Positions 27,302 to 39,300 of a DNA stretch of 64,000 bases are shown here, piece after piece; positions within the stretch are counted from its first letter, which is position 1; the number at the start of each line of letters is the position of its first letter. Both the position numbers and the translations under genes were made by a program. The stretch is from assembly GCA_002245135.1 (NCBI GenBank), contig NGBS01001162.1, positions 1 to 64,000 of the forward strand. Direction: 5' to 3'. Source of the DNA: Proteromonas lacertae (taxonomy: Eukaryota). The notes under the pieces are model-generated. The model had not been told where the DNA came from, searched no databases, and saw only the letters and a program-made list of their open reading frames with translations.

Positions 27302-29408
27302 ATGAATGAGCTAGAACAGAAAGATAGGGATGCTTTATACGTAATTGCAACCGAAGTGATAGAAAAAGTTGCGAAAGGATATTTAGAAGATTTAGATCCG
27401 CAGCTATTAATCATTTCGAAAGTATTGTGTGAAATATTTTGCAATAGGTTCAAATATCGCCGAAACATGATAATTTTAAATCTTCTTTACTTCGTTTTAA
27501 TTTTCGTACTTTAAATGACATGAAATGTCCTTTTGTTCCAAGTGTATTAGTTTATTTGTAATTATATTGTTAGCATATTCACAAGACTTGTGACTTAAGT
27601 ATGTCTGTGTGTTTGGTTCCAAATTTTCGATTATTTTATGTATATTTTGAAGTATGTACATAACTAGTCTTGTGCTGATTGTCATATGAGTGTTGTTCCA
27701 CCTAAAATGCAAGACTGGACTCCTGCTGGAAAACATGCACTTTTGCAGTTATGTAATTGTAAAATAAAAGCAAAGTTAAATTTAGCTCCATCAGTAGTAT
27801 TTCATCCAAAAAGAGTGAATGAATCGTATGATAATGCACTATCATTAAGAAAGCGTGATTTATGGTATAAAATGCTTTTTAATGATTTGAGACTTGTATA
27901 AAGATAAAATATATATGTATATATATTTGAAATAGGATAAAAAAGGAAGAGAAATCTTAAAAGAAAGAGGATTAAAACCATATAAATTATTTGGAGGTAA
28001 TTACTTTGTTCGATGGCCAGGCTATGGTTATCCAAAAATCAAAGTGCCTGATGAATTACCTGTTAAATCTGAAAGAGGATTAGCAATACCTGCATTATCA
28101 CCATTCATGGAAATTCAAGGGTTACAAGTAAAACCATATGATCCAAAGAAGGAAGGTAAAAGATATCACACAGTTGGAAGTAAGAAAGGTGGAAGTCAAC
28201 CATTATTTTCATTGCCAAATGGTGATACACCTGTTTATTGTTGGATTCCTAAGACAATAATCAAAACAACAGATGAGAATGAAGCGTTTAAAATTGGTAT
28301 ATGTGAAGGTGGATTAAAGCCAGCTATTGCTGCAAGTGTTATGAATCAAGTATAAGTCATATATAATATTATGTGTATTTATGAATAGATATTTTTAGGT
28401 TCTTTTACAAGAAGAATTAGTGATTATACATTATTAAGATATTTAATGGATATTGAAAGAAAGATCCTTAATGTTGATATTGGATCATCTATAATAGTTG
28501 TTTATCCTGATTCAGGTACAACTGGAAATCCTGATGTATGTTACGATAGTTTATATAGTGTATTTGCATGTGCAGCTCAAGGATATGATGTGAGAATAGG
28601 ATGGTGGGGTCAAACAGGAGAAATAGAAGAAACAATGACAGATGAAGAACAAATAGCCTGCAAATGTGATATTGATGAATTAGTAATAAAAGTACCAAAT
28701 TATAAGAATGTAATACAGGAGTTGTCTATCTCTGAATTCTATAGATTTATACCTGAAGAAACGATGAATTATTTATCAAGTAAAGGTTTTGGTGATCCTG
28801 ATGAATATCCATTTGATCATACAGATGTAGTTTCTGACTATTACACAGTGTATGATCCAAATCATACAGATCCCATTGATAAGATTGTAGAACCAATAGT
28901 TCCAGTAAAGCCAAAGATTAAATATGATAAGAAATCATTATTTGAAGAATATTTAGGTCCATTATTAGATCCCAATGTAGATATTGAAGAAATAAGGAGA
29001 AAAGAGAAAGAGAAAAAGGAAATGATGGAGATAGAAAAACAAAAGAGAAAATTATTATATCAACAAATTCCAATTCCTCCTACAAGCAGTAAAGCAGAAT
29101 TATTTGATCAATTATTTGGTGATATTTTAAATACAAAAAGTGAGAATAATAAGAGTGATAAAGAAAAGGATGATGATGATGATAAAGATGATGATGATTA
29201 TGATAGTTATGATGACAGTGATTATAATTATGGAGATGAAGATGATTACAGTGAAAAAGAAATTAACTATGAAGAGGATGAGAAAAAAGAAAAGGTAGAT
29301 AATATCAATAATGAAGATGGTGATAATGTTAAAGAAAAAGAGAAAAATAAACGTGTAATGTCAAAGAGTGAATTATTTAACAGTCTTTTTGGGACTATTA
29401 GTTTATAA
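27302..29408 (+). CDS. Primase-like protein (647 aa): putative Zn-binding motif, Toprim domain, acidic tail
   Basis: Exons 27302-27421, 27448-27543, 27574-27639, 27668-27895, 27936-28349 and 28389-29408 form one open frame via five phase-0 GT-AG introns of 26-40 nt. Motifs CPF..H..CADC, IGICEGGLKP, VVYPDSG, WWGQ, DIDEL. Confidence 0.75.
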
Positions 29409-29530
29409 CATAAAAGAATAGCATTATATATATATATATATATTTGTATGGTATTTAACCAAATTTTTATAAAACATACAGCTTGAAAGGCTTGAGTATA
29501 TTTTGATTTAATTTTATAGTTTTCTCAATA

Positions 29531-30721
29531 ATGAGACCAATTGTGTTGTTATTTTCAACTTTAATTATTGCATTGTTCTCATCGGTTTATTTTATAGGAA
29601 AACTGTTAACATCAGAAGATAAACTAATTAAAGAGAACAATAATTTTCTAAGAAAAGAAGGTTCATCGAGTAAGTTAAATACAAATAGTCTATCTAAAAA
29701 CTCAAATGCAGAAAATATTCTTGCCTCCATAAATTCACAAATCAATACAACAACCCATTATCAATCACTGCGAGCAAAATTGAATATTGTAATTGAAAAG
29801 GGAGTAAAAATATATAAAGATTGTATATATGATGGAGGTGGGCTTGGTTGTGGAAGAGCACAAACAGAACCATTATACCCAATAAGGAATTACAAATTTG
29901 AAAGAGATATAACAAAATATACATGTGGCTTTCCATTACATTACAATGCAGTGAACTTACCCCAAAGGAAATGTGGAAATAAGAAGTTAATAATCGGTGT
30001 ATCAATGGCTCCAAATAATTTTCTACACCGAATTATATTTAGAAAAATATATGAACCATTCAAAAATGTTGCACAATTCTACTTTCTCATGGGATTGTCT
30101 CGGTCTGATGAAGATAATGAGATGATAAAAGAAGAAAATTCAATATATGATGATATAGTGCAATATGATTTTTATGCATCTTATTTCAATTTAACAATTC
30201 AATTAGTTCAAATGTTGAAGTTTTTATCAACTAATTGTAATAATTATACATTCTATTTACACCATGTGGATGATACATATATGAATATAAATAAATTCAT
30301 TGAGTTGTATATTAATAGTGATCATAATATGATTGCAGCTAGATATAGTGATAATAGGGTAATAAAGGATAGTGAATCAATCTATTATATGCCAGATTCT
30401 ATTGTTCCTGATACTGTATATCCTATTCATCCAAGTGGGCCTGGTTATGCTGTTAGTTCACGTATTATTCCTGCTCTATACGATGCAACTGAACATGTAA
30501 ATCAAACTATATGGATTGATGATGCTTATGTTGGTTTTTTGTTAAGATATATAAATTCTGATATTTTTGATATTTTAGAAAGAACTCATTTAGATTTCTG
30601 TGATGGAGATGGACAATGTAAAGAACATCCAAATGATTTTAATGAAGTTGTGGTTGTTCATAGTCTTAAGCCAATAGAATTGTTATTTATAAATTCGAAT
30701 TATTCAACATCAATTTTTTGA
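29531..30721 (+). CDS. Beta-1,3-galactosyltransferase-like (GT31), type II membrane protein
   Basis: N-terminal TM; EENSIYDDIVQYDFYASYFNLT, HVDDTYMN, SGPGYAVS and IDDAYVG are GT31 motifs. Confidence 0.9.
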   Translation: MRPIVLLFSTLIIALFSSVYFIGKLLTSEDKLIKENNNFLRKEGSSSKLNTNSLSKNSNAENILASINSQINTTTHYQSLRAKLNIVIEKGVKIYKDCIYDGGGLGCGRAQTEPLYPIRNYKFERDITKYTCGFPLHYNAVNLPQRKCGNKKLIIGVSMAPNNFLHRIIFRKIYEPFKNVAQFYFLMGLSRSDEDNEMIKEENSIYDDIVQYDFYASYFNLTIQLVQMLKFLSTNCNNYTFYLHHVDDTYMNINKFIELYINSDHNMIAARYSDNRVIKDSESIYYMPDSIVPDTVYPIHPSGPGYAVSSRIIPALYDATEHVNQTIWIDDAYVGFLLRYINSDIFDILERTHLDFCDGDGQCKEHPNDFNEVVVVHSLKPIELLFINSNYSTSIF

Positions 30722-30865
30722 TTAGCTAATTGTGTCAATTTATAATGTATTATTTTGTAGTTTTAGTGTTTGTATAAAACATAATGAATGAAAAACATTA
30801 ATATTTCGATAATTGATAAAGTTTGGCTTGAAGTGAAACGATAAAAAAGATTTTTAATCAATAAA

Positions 30866-31574
30866 ATGGCAGAAGGAGAAGATAATACTAAAACCATAAA
30901 TTGTATTTTATTGGGGTATATTTTATATGCTAATAATAATATCATTTTAGAGATAAAGGTGTTGGTAAAGATACACTTTTTAATAGAATAAAAGGTGACC
31001 AAACAGATCCTGGTACTGCTACTTATACAACAACTTATGAAGGATTTACATATAAGTTTGTAGTGAGATCCACTCATGGTATAATTTTTATTAGATTATA
31101 AATAATAGGACAAGAGGAAGCAAAACACATTAGAACAATGAGTTATGGAACAACTGATTTATTCATTTTGATGTTTTCAGTTATGAGTACAGTTTCACTT
31201 CATCACGTTGTCAATACTGTATAAAATATCTAATTAATCTTTTTTAATAGTGGCATCACGAAGCTGAAGAATATCCAGGTGGTAAATATGCTATGGTTGG
31301 AACAAAAACAGATCTTACCAACGATGAGGAATTGAAAAAGAAAATATTAGAAACACCAGGTGAAAAAGTCGTTGAAGAAGGAGATGTATATTTATTAATA
31401 GTTATATTGTTATTATAGCCTGAAAGAATCTGTAAAGAATTAAATTGTATAGCGTTACTTAGATGCAATGCAACATCTGATGACTTGAAAGACATTTTCG
31501 AACCATTAGCAAAATATTATTATGATAACCGTCCAGCGCCACCAGAAAAGAAGAATAGTTGTGTAATTATGTGA
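30866..31574 (+). CDS. Divergent Rho/Rac-like small GTPase ending in CAAX (CVIM); missed by the ORF track
   Basis: Introns 30916-30950, 31079-31108, 31219-31250 and 31386-31418 give CILLGDKGVGKD, STHGQEEAKHIRTMSYGTTDLFILMFSV, VGTKTDL and KKNSCVIM*. Confidence 0.85.
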
Positions 31575-31695
31575 GAATATATCGAATTCATATATTTTTT
31601 ATACATTGTTTGGATTTTATTTAGTTTTTCAACAAGACAAACATCTAACCTTTGTTAGTTGTATTTCTACTTCGTTTGAATATTTTGAAAGAAAT

Positions 31696-32702
31696 ATGGA
31701 AGATACAGGGATTGAAAACCTATTTAAGCAATTAGATTTGCTACAGGAACGTTTTCAAAAGATATGTATAATTTTTGAAGAAGAAAAGACAAAATACCAG
31801 AAGAAAGTGAAAGAAAAGGATGATATAGCAAATGTACTTTGATAAAATTATATGTATTTGACAGAAAATCCGCAATATTGATAATCAAATAAGAGAAAGA
31901 CAAAATCTGCTATTAGAACATGAAAACAAGATATTATTCCTTGAAGTTGAAGAAAAGTACTACCTTATATAAATAATATATTAATCATAAGATATTGGAA
32001 AGAGTTGGTCTTAAATCAACAGCAAGTGTTGAATGAACAAGGTGAATCAGCCAATACTATTAAACAAGATATTGATACAGATATGTATGTTTTATTTGTT
32101 ATATTCATAGGTTGAAGTTCAATGATTTATACACTTCTTCTTTATCTCAATATGACATTATTTATGATAGTACTCTCACTAATATAAATAATGAAATGAG
32201 AGAATTGACAAGAGAAAACACTAATTTAATGGGTAAAATAGAATTTTTGGAGTATAGTATAGGAGAATATGAGATAAAAGAAAATGAGTTAAAAGAAGAA
32301 CAAAATCAGTTGCAAACAAATTATAATGAAATAAAGAATGAAAATCAAATAATCTTGAATGAAAATACAAACATTCAATCTCATTATAATGGTTTATATA
32401 ATCAATATAATGAAGTAAAGAAACTAATTACTGTTTATCAAAATAAAAAACTATCTGATGATCAGTTATATTCTAATAGTAGAACTTATAAAGACTTGAC
32501 CTATTTAGAACAACAGAGTAAGTATCAAGGTGAAAATAAGAATATAAAATACACTAGACAATCTGACGTTAATCAACAACAGTTAGTGAAGCAATATAAA
32601 AGAAAATATCCATCTCAGTATATGTAATAATAATTGTAATTATTTTATAGATTTCAAACTGCCAGTGATATGATTAAGAAATCTAAAACAAATAATAATT
32701 GA
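31696..32702 (+). CDS. Coiled-coil protein of unknown function
   Basis: ORFs 31606 and 32112 plus intervening exons separated by about four short GT-AG introns; heptad-like composition. Confidence 0.6.
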
Positions 32703-32790
32703 TTTTATTGATATTGATATATGTTTTACATACATTTCAATTTCTCCCAATGGTACAACAATATATAATTATTAAAATTAAATACATAAT

Positions 32791-33134
32791 CTATTCATAT
32801 GATTTGAACAAAAGAATGTTTAGCTTACTGAATGATACTAACAACATACCTTTAGTTTCATAAGTAACAGAACATGTAAAGTCTTTTCCTACAATACACT
32901 GCCAAGATCCACCAAGTAATGAATCTACTGACAATTTAATAGCCTGAGCTATATCTTTTTCGATTGTACTTTTAATTAATCCTTGTTGAATAGCTTGTAT
33001 AACTTTCTGTTGAGTCTCTTCATCCATATCAGTGGTTTTAACAACTGCTGGAGGTAATGCTTCAATGAGTGGATCCTTCTTGACTTCTTTCTTTTTAATA
33101 ACCTAGAAAATATTATAAATAGATAAAATACCAT
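32791..33134 (-). CDS. Dynein light chain type 1 (LC8 family)
   Basis: TDMDEETQ, EKDIAQAIK, WQCIVGKDF, ILLFKS. The first coding exon is the ATG alone, followed by intron 33103-33131. Confidence 0.9.
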
Positions 33135-33233
33135 TTGATATTCGAATTATAAAAACGAAAACAGTAACGGGGATATGAAAAATGAATTTCCAATAACCCA
33201 TTTTAAGAACTTTTCTTTATTTTTCTTTTTATA

Positions 33234-34101
33234 ATGCAAAGTATGTTTAGATCATCCAAAAACATTCATAGAATGTATATCAGGTTCATATTATATTAGG
33301 TTTCCATCATTGAGGCAATCTTTAAGAAGTCTTTTTATCAAACATGAACCAACACCAAATCCAAATGTTATGAAATATATTCCTGATCCAATAACTGAAA
33401 TATTGCCCAAAGATTATGGTGTTTGTAAAGTATTTTCTCAAAATTTTAGTTATTTAGACAATGGCTAGTATTATTGATGCAAAAGATTCACCTTTAGCCA
33501 AAGACTTATTCAACATTGGAGGAATCAATAGTATAATGTTTGGAAATGATTTTGTTTCTGTTACAAAAGATGTATTTATAACATTTTTACTTATTAGAGT
33601 GAATCTGCATGGGACCCTATTAATTATGAAGTGTTTGACTTACTTTTAGACTATCTTACATCTCCGACAAAGAAAATTGTTGAAGAGATGGACGAAAATG
33701 GGATGAAAGATCCAAATGATCCTGTAGAAGGGGATAGTGAAGTGATACTTATGATAAAAGAGTTGATAACGACAAGAATTAGACCTACTATATTAGCTGA
33801 TGGAGGAGATATACTCTATCGTGGATATGATGAAGCGACAGGTACAGTATCAGTTGAATTAACTGGTGCATGTGTTGGATGCAGCAGTTCATCGATTACA
33901 TTGAAACATGGGGTTGAAAAAATGTTAAAACATTATATTCCTGAAGTAAAATTAGTTCATCACATTCAATCTAAAGAAGAACTAACACAAGAACAACAGA
34001 AGTATGAAAAACAACAAGAAATATTTGAGAGGGAATTTAATAAACAAATGGAAAGAGCTATAAGAGAAGCAAAAGAAAAGAGAAAGAATGAAAAGAAATG
34101 A
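33234..34101 (+). CDS. NFU1: NFU1-type Fe-S cluster scaffold with a mitochondrial/MRO-type presequence
   Basis: LFIKHEPTPNPNVMKY, SPLAKDLF, RIRPTILADGGDI, GACVGCSSSSITLKHGVEKMLKHYIPEV; Arg/Ser-rich leader; three short introns. Confidence 0.92.
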
Positions 34102-34189
34102 TTTTTTATTTTGAAGTAATATTTATTTATATTTTTTCTGTGATTTTTTTTTTCAAACAACAATAATAACAAAAGAAAAAACAATACTT

Positions 34190-35895
34190 TTAAATGGTAA
34201 TTAATTCTTCATCCCTTTCTGTTGTATTTTTCTCAGTTATACCAGCATATGGTCCTAACTTAAACTCTTTTTCTAACAATTCCATTTGTTCATTCACTAT
34301 AAACAATCATAATCACATAATATATATATATATATATACAGAAATAGTCAAACTTATTTGGTACTTCATAAATGCATTTCAATAAACTGTATTTCCATTC
34401 CATAGCATCTTTAGTTCTTTCAGTTTGTCTGTTTAATAAGAAATCTTGAAATCCACCATAACATAATATATTTCTTACTATTTCCTCATCCTTTGAATTG
34501 ATTAAAGATAATAATAAATCGAATACAGCAATATGACATTCAGGAAAAGGCTATATATAAATAATAAATAATAAAAAACTAATACATCTTTCAACACTTT
34601 CATTATAAAATCCATATAATTGTCAATATTTTTTACATTACAAAATATCTTCATAATGTATTGAATTCTTTCAACAGAATCATATAATGATGATATCAAT
34701 GAAGATAATGATGATAATGCAACACATTTCATTTGATCACTATATATATATATACAATAATAATATATAATAAACTATACTTTGTTGAATAACATAACAA
34801 TGATATTTGTTTGATAATATCTTCATCATTTATAATCAATGATTCTAATTCTTTGTTTGATTTATTCAAACATTGAGATATTTTACCAATATAATACAGT
34901 ACATCAGGTCCTTCTGATAATAATAATACATCATGAAATATATTGTGTAAAATTGATGGCAGCTTTGACTTTAATTCATCACTTAGATTAGTATGACAAT
35001 ATGTTTGGATTAAAATATCGGTAAATGGTTTCTGAAGAAATGATTGATATATATTTGATGGATTTGGTCCTAAACTCTTTATGATATAATCATAAAACTC
35101 TATTTTATAACAAATATAATACAATTATACTGATTGACTGAAATAATTCTATACACTCATCAACTTCTAATAATATAATAAGCAATTCCAATAAATTAAT
35201 TTGGAATAAGAAATCATCACTACTATTTTTAAGTAAATCAATAGTCTCAATAATAAAATCTTTATAGTCAGTAAAAAATGAAGCTTTCATAATCACTGCA
35301 AAGTTAAAAATTGCATCACAATAACGAATCTTTAAAACTGTATCCTTTGTTTTATGAATTTTGTCTATTATTCTATCAATAAATGAATGCTGAATAATTT
35401 TATTACCATCTATTAATATCAAATTCAGTATCTCTTGACATGCTTTCATAATTGTAGCATTTTCATTATCTAATCCAAATAATATTGTATTTTGAAGGGC
35501 TTCATTTACTTGAATCAACTGCTTAAAATATGTACCTTCACTTGATTTGCATGCCTTCAACATACTTCTGATAGCAAGCTTTGAAATGTCTTCAATTGGA
35601 CATTCCAAACATTTTGACATTACTATCCCAATATCAAGTGATTTCATTGCTTGAATTCCAGGAGGTTTAGATAATACAGTATCTATCATTATAATAGCTT
35701 TTCTGTACTACATATAATATAAAAATAATATACATTATCAATTTGACCTGTTTCTGTAAAATATAACAAAGCTTTGAACTGATCATTAAGATTATGTGCT
35801 TCTAAAAATTCATTCAATACCTCATCATTGCTCTCAAGACCATTTGCAAGACATTTATCAAAATCATTAAGGGTTAGAAGTTCAGAACAAGACAT
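34190..35895 (-). CDS. PSMD5: 26S proteasome assembly chaperone S5b/Hsm3-like ARM protein
   Basis: DDFLFQINLLELL, GFQDFLLNRQTERTKDAMEWKY and a terminal GPYA match the S5b family as I recall it; several ~30 nt introns. Confidence 0.7.
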
Positions 35896-36382
35896 TTCTT
35901 TAAACGAAGTTTTTCTTTTTAGATCTATCTTTATCGTTATTATAAGTGTGTATAGTGAATTTTTGGTATTTTTCAAAACAAAATCAATCAAAAGACAAAA
36001 GTGTAGAAATGAATTTGTTGATCAAAAAATCAATCATTTTTGTAGTATTAATATGTAATACAAATTCAATATACATGTAATATATAAATGGATTTTATAG
36101 AGTTCTTTCTCTTAACACAGAAATGCTACCTTGTGTTATTCAAGTCTTTTTTATATTATCACAGAAGTTTTAAACTATATTACAACTAAAGGATTGTAAA
36201 TGCCATAAAATGAAGTGTTAATTCAAAAATACTGTTTTAAGAAATTAAAAACTACACTTAACATTTCGTTATAAAATTTCAATACAAATGTGGGTAAGTG
36301 CAACGATTAGTTTAGATTTAAATAAGGTATCTAGGAGCAAAAAAGATCTTTTCAAAATTTTTGTTTTTTTATAAAACTGAAT

Positions 36383-39300
36383 ATGAGATTCTGTATTATA
36401 CTATGCATTATTGCTTTGGGTATTTTTATATATTTTATTTTGTAGTTGCCTCACAGTCGTGTAACGTCGATATTCAAAACGAATATCAAGTGGGTGATGA
36501 TATAGATATCCATGTATCATGCACATTCATTCCTTCACAATTTACAGTCTATCCTCCTTTAATTGGATTCGAAGTGAATTACCCAACAATCAAGGGTAAA
36601 GCTATATTACCAATGCCACCTACAAAATACCAAGTTCGTATTGGAAATGGTGATGAGGTTATAACTGTGGTTATAACTTTGAACATTGTAAAAGCTTTTT
36701 GTAGATATGGAGTAGGAAGAGAGTTTCATTTACATAATGAAGTATATTACCGTATATCAGCACCAGAATGTAATGTTGCTGTTACAAGAATATGGGCAGA
36801 AAACTTACCCTCTGGATTATCAATTAACAACAATGATGGTTCAATAGAAGGTGTTGTGAAAGAAAATAGTGAAAAAGTAGCTACTATTTTTGTTAATCAT
36901 GCATATAACAACCAAACTTTGACATTTAAAACTGATTTTACAGAAGCTTTCAAGAATAGAATGCAAATAGTGTATTATGATGGTGATATAGGTCAGGATT
37001 TTAGTTGCCAAGATGGTTATAATAATCTAGATCAATTTCCAAGATTCTTTAATGGCTTTTATGTGAATGAAAACAAAAGAAAAGGTCCATATTTAGAAAA
37101 TATGACTGGTGATGGTTTTCATTTAGATATATGTGCTACTTGTGGTGATGACTATACTAATTATAAAGGTTTTAAAGGATTTCATGGTGTATATGGTTTT
37201 ATAAAGATTGATGAAGAAGGTTCTTACACATTTAAAGTAAAAGGTGATGATTGTATTCATTTCTACTTCTATGGAGTAGAACCAGCTGATAGAGCAATTG
37301 CTACAAGATATTACTATGAAGAAAAAGCTTCTAAGAGTTATTATTTATATCCTGGTTATTATCCAGTATTCTTTATGCTTGGATTTGATGGTAAACCAAG
37401 TGGTTATGAAATATGGGCAAAGAAAGATGATGGAGGGTTTGAATATTTCCCATTAAGTAAGAGTTTCACATTACCAGAAGCTAATATGGTGGATAAATTG
37501 TCATATCCAAAGATAGGTGATGATCCTGCTCCTGGTATTAGAGTAGTTAAAGATGGTGAAGCTATTCCAAAACCAAATGAAGTCTTCCCTATATTCGAAG
37601 GATATGCTGAGAATTATGCAATGAAAGGAGATAGTGCATTATCAATTGATAGTAAAAGTGGTCATTATACTGGTACAATTAGTGGATGTCCAAAAATAAC
37701 TTATGCTGTTATTAAAGCTTATTCTTCAGTATCTTCAGCATCTTTTCCAATTAGATTCGAATGTGGTGATGTTAATACTATCTATAATAAAGAAATAATT
37801 GTTTCTTATTATAAAGCTGAAACATTAGTAGAACTTAAATCATTTGTTGATCCAAGTGGTACTCCATCATATGTAAAGAGAATATCTAAATTAACAGATA
37901 ATATTCAATTAGAAACATCATATTTAACTGAAAGTGATGTAGCTGAATGGAGAGGTACAATAAGTGGTAAAGGAGATAAGAAAGTTAAAATATCATGTAC
38001 TGGAGCATGTTATGTTAAAATACAGTCAGTTATATTGAGTGTATTTGGAACAGAATCAGATAAGACTGAAGCTACAGTGTCATTATCTGGAAATAACGAT
38101 ATTGTTGTAGTTTATTATAGAACTGATGCAACTGTTGATGCTGCTTTTTCATTAACATTTGATGATGCGGAAGTAACTGCTGATAGTGAAGTATTTGTTT
38201 TAAGAAAAACAGAAGTTGATTATATGAGAACTGATATATCTTATGCTGATGTTAAATTAGGTAATTCTCAATCAATTAAAATAACACATTATGGTGATCA
38301 AGAGCCAGAATCTTATTCACTTGATACAAAGATTCCTGGTTTATCTATTTCAGGAAGTACAATAACATTTGCACCAACAGAACCAATGCTACCAATATCA
38401 GCTATATTTGTAGCTACATTAAATGGATATGAATTTAGATCTAGTGTTACTTTAGGTGCATATACTATATATGAAAAGTCTGAAGTTACATATGATGAAG
38501 TAGAATATCAAGGTAGAGTTGGTGATGCTGTAGAAATTCATCCATCAAGCACAGGTAATTGTGTATTTATTTACACTGATACTAGTTTACCATCTGGTTT
38601 ATCTATTGATGTAAAGAGTGGTGTAATATCTGGACATTATATGGAAGCAGTAACTAAAGATGTAAATGTAATCTGTGATACTTATGAACATAAAACTGAA
38701 ACTGCTTTATCGTTTATTGTTGATGAATGTGAAAATGGAGGTGAAATTATTCATGTTATGGTTACAGCTGGACCAGATCCATCTACTTTTAAAAGAGCTT
38801 CATTAATGGATGATACTGATGGGATTGTCTATTTTGCAGAAGATGAAAATAAAATACCTTATCAAGAATTTCATTACTATAAATGTTCAAATGAAAATGC
38901 ATTTTTAAGTGTAGAGAATAATGAAGCTATTAAAGGTACTTATTTAATTGAAAGAGGTTTTAGTGCATTTGTTAAAAGAGGTACATATAAAGATAGCGAG
39001 GATTCAATTCAAATCAATTTAAAAATCACAGGACCTCCAGATCCATTTTATACTGAAAGTACAAGTGATACAAGTATAGGAAATACAATGACATTTTATA
39101 CAAATGTACAAACTGCATACTTCTTAAATGTAGGTGGTAGTGGTGCAGTTGCTTTTGTTATTAAACCTGATTTAAAGATACCTGGTTTAACAATGGATGA
39201 ATATGGTACAATCAGTGGTATGGCTACAGTCGCACAAGAGAAAGTCTATACATTCACAACATCAAATCATGATGGTGAAGAATCTGAAATTCAATTCACA

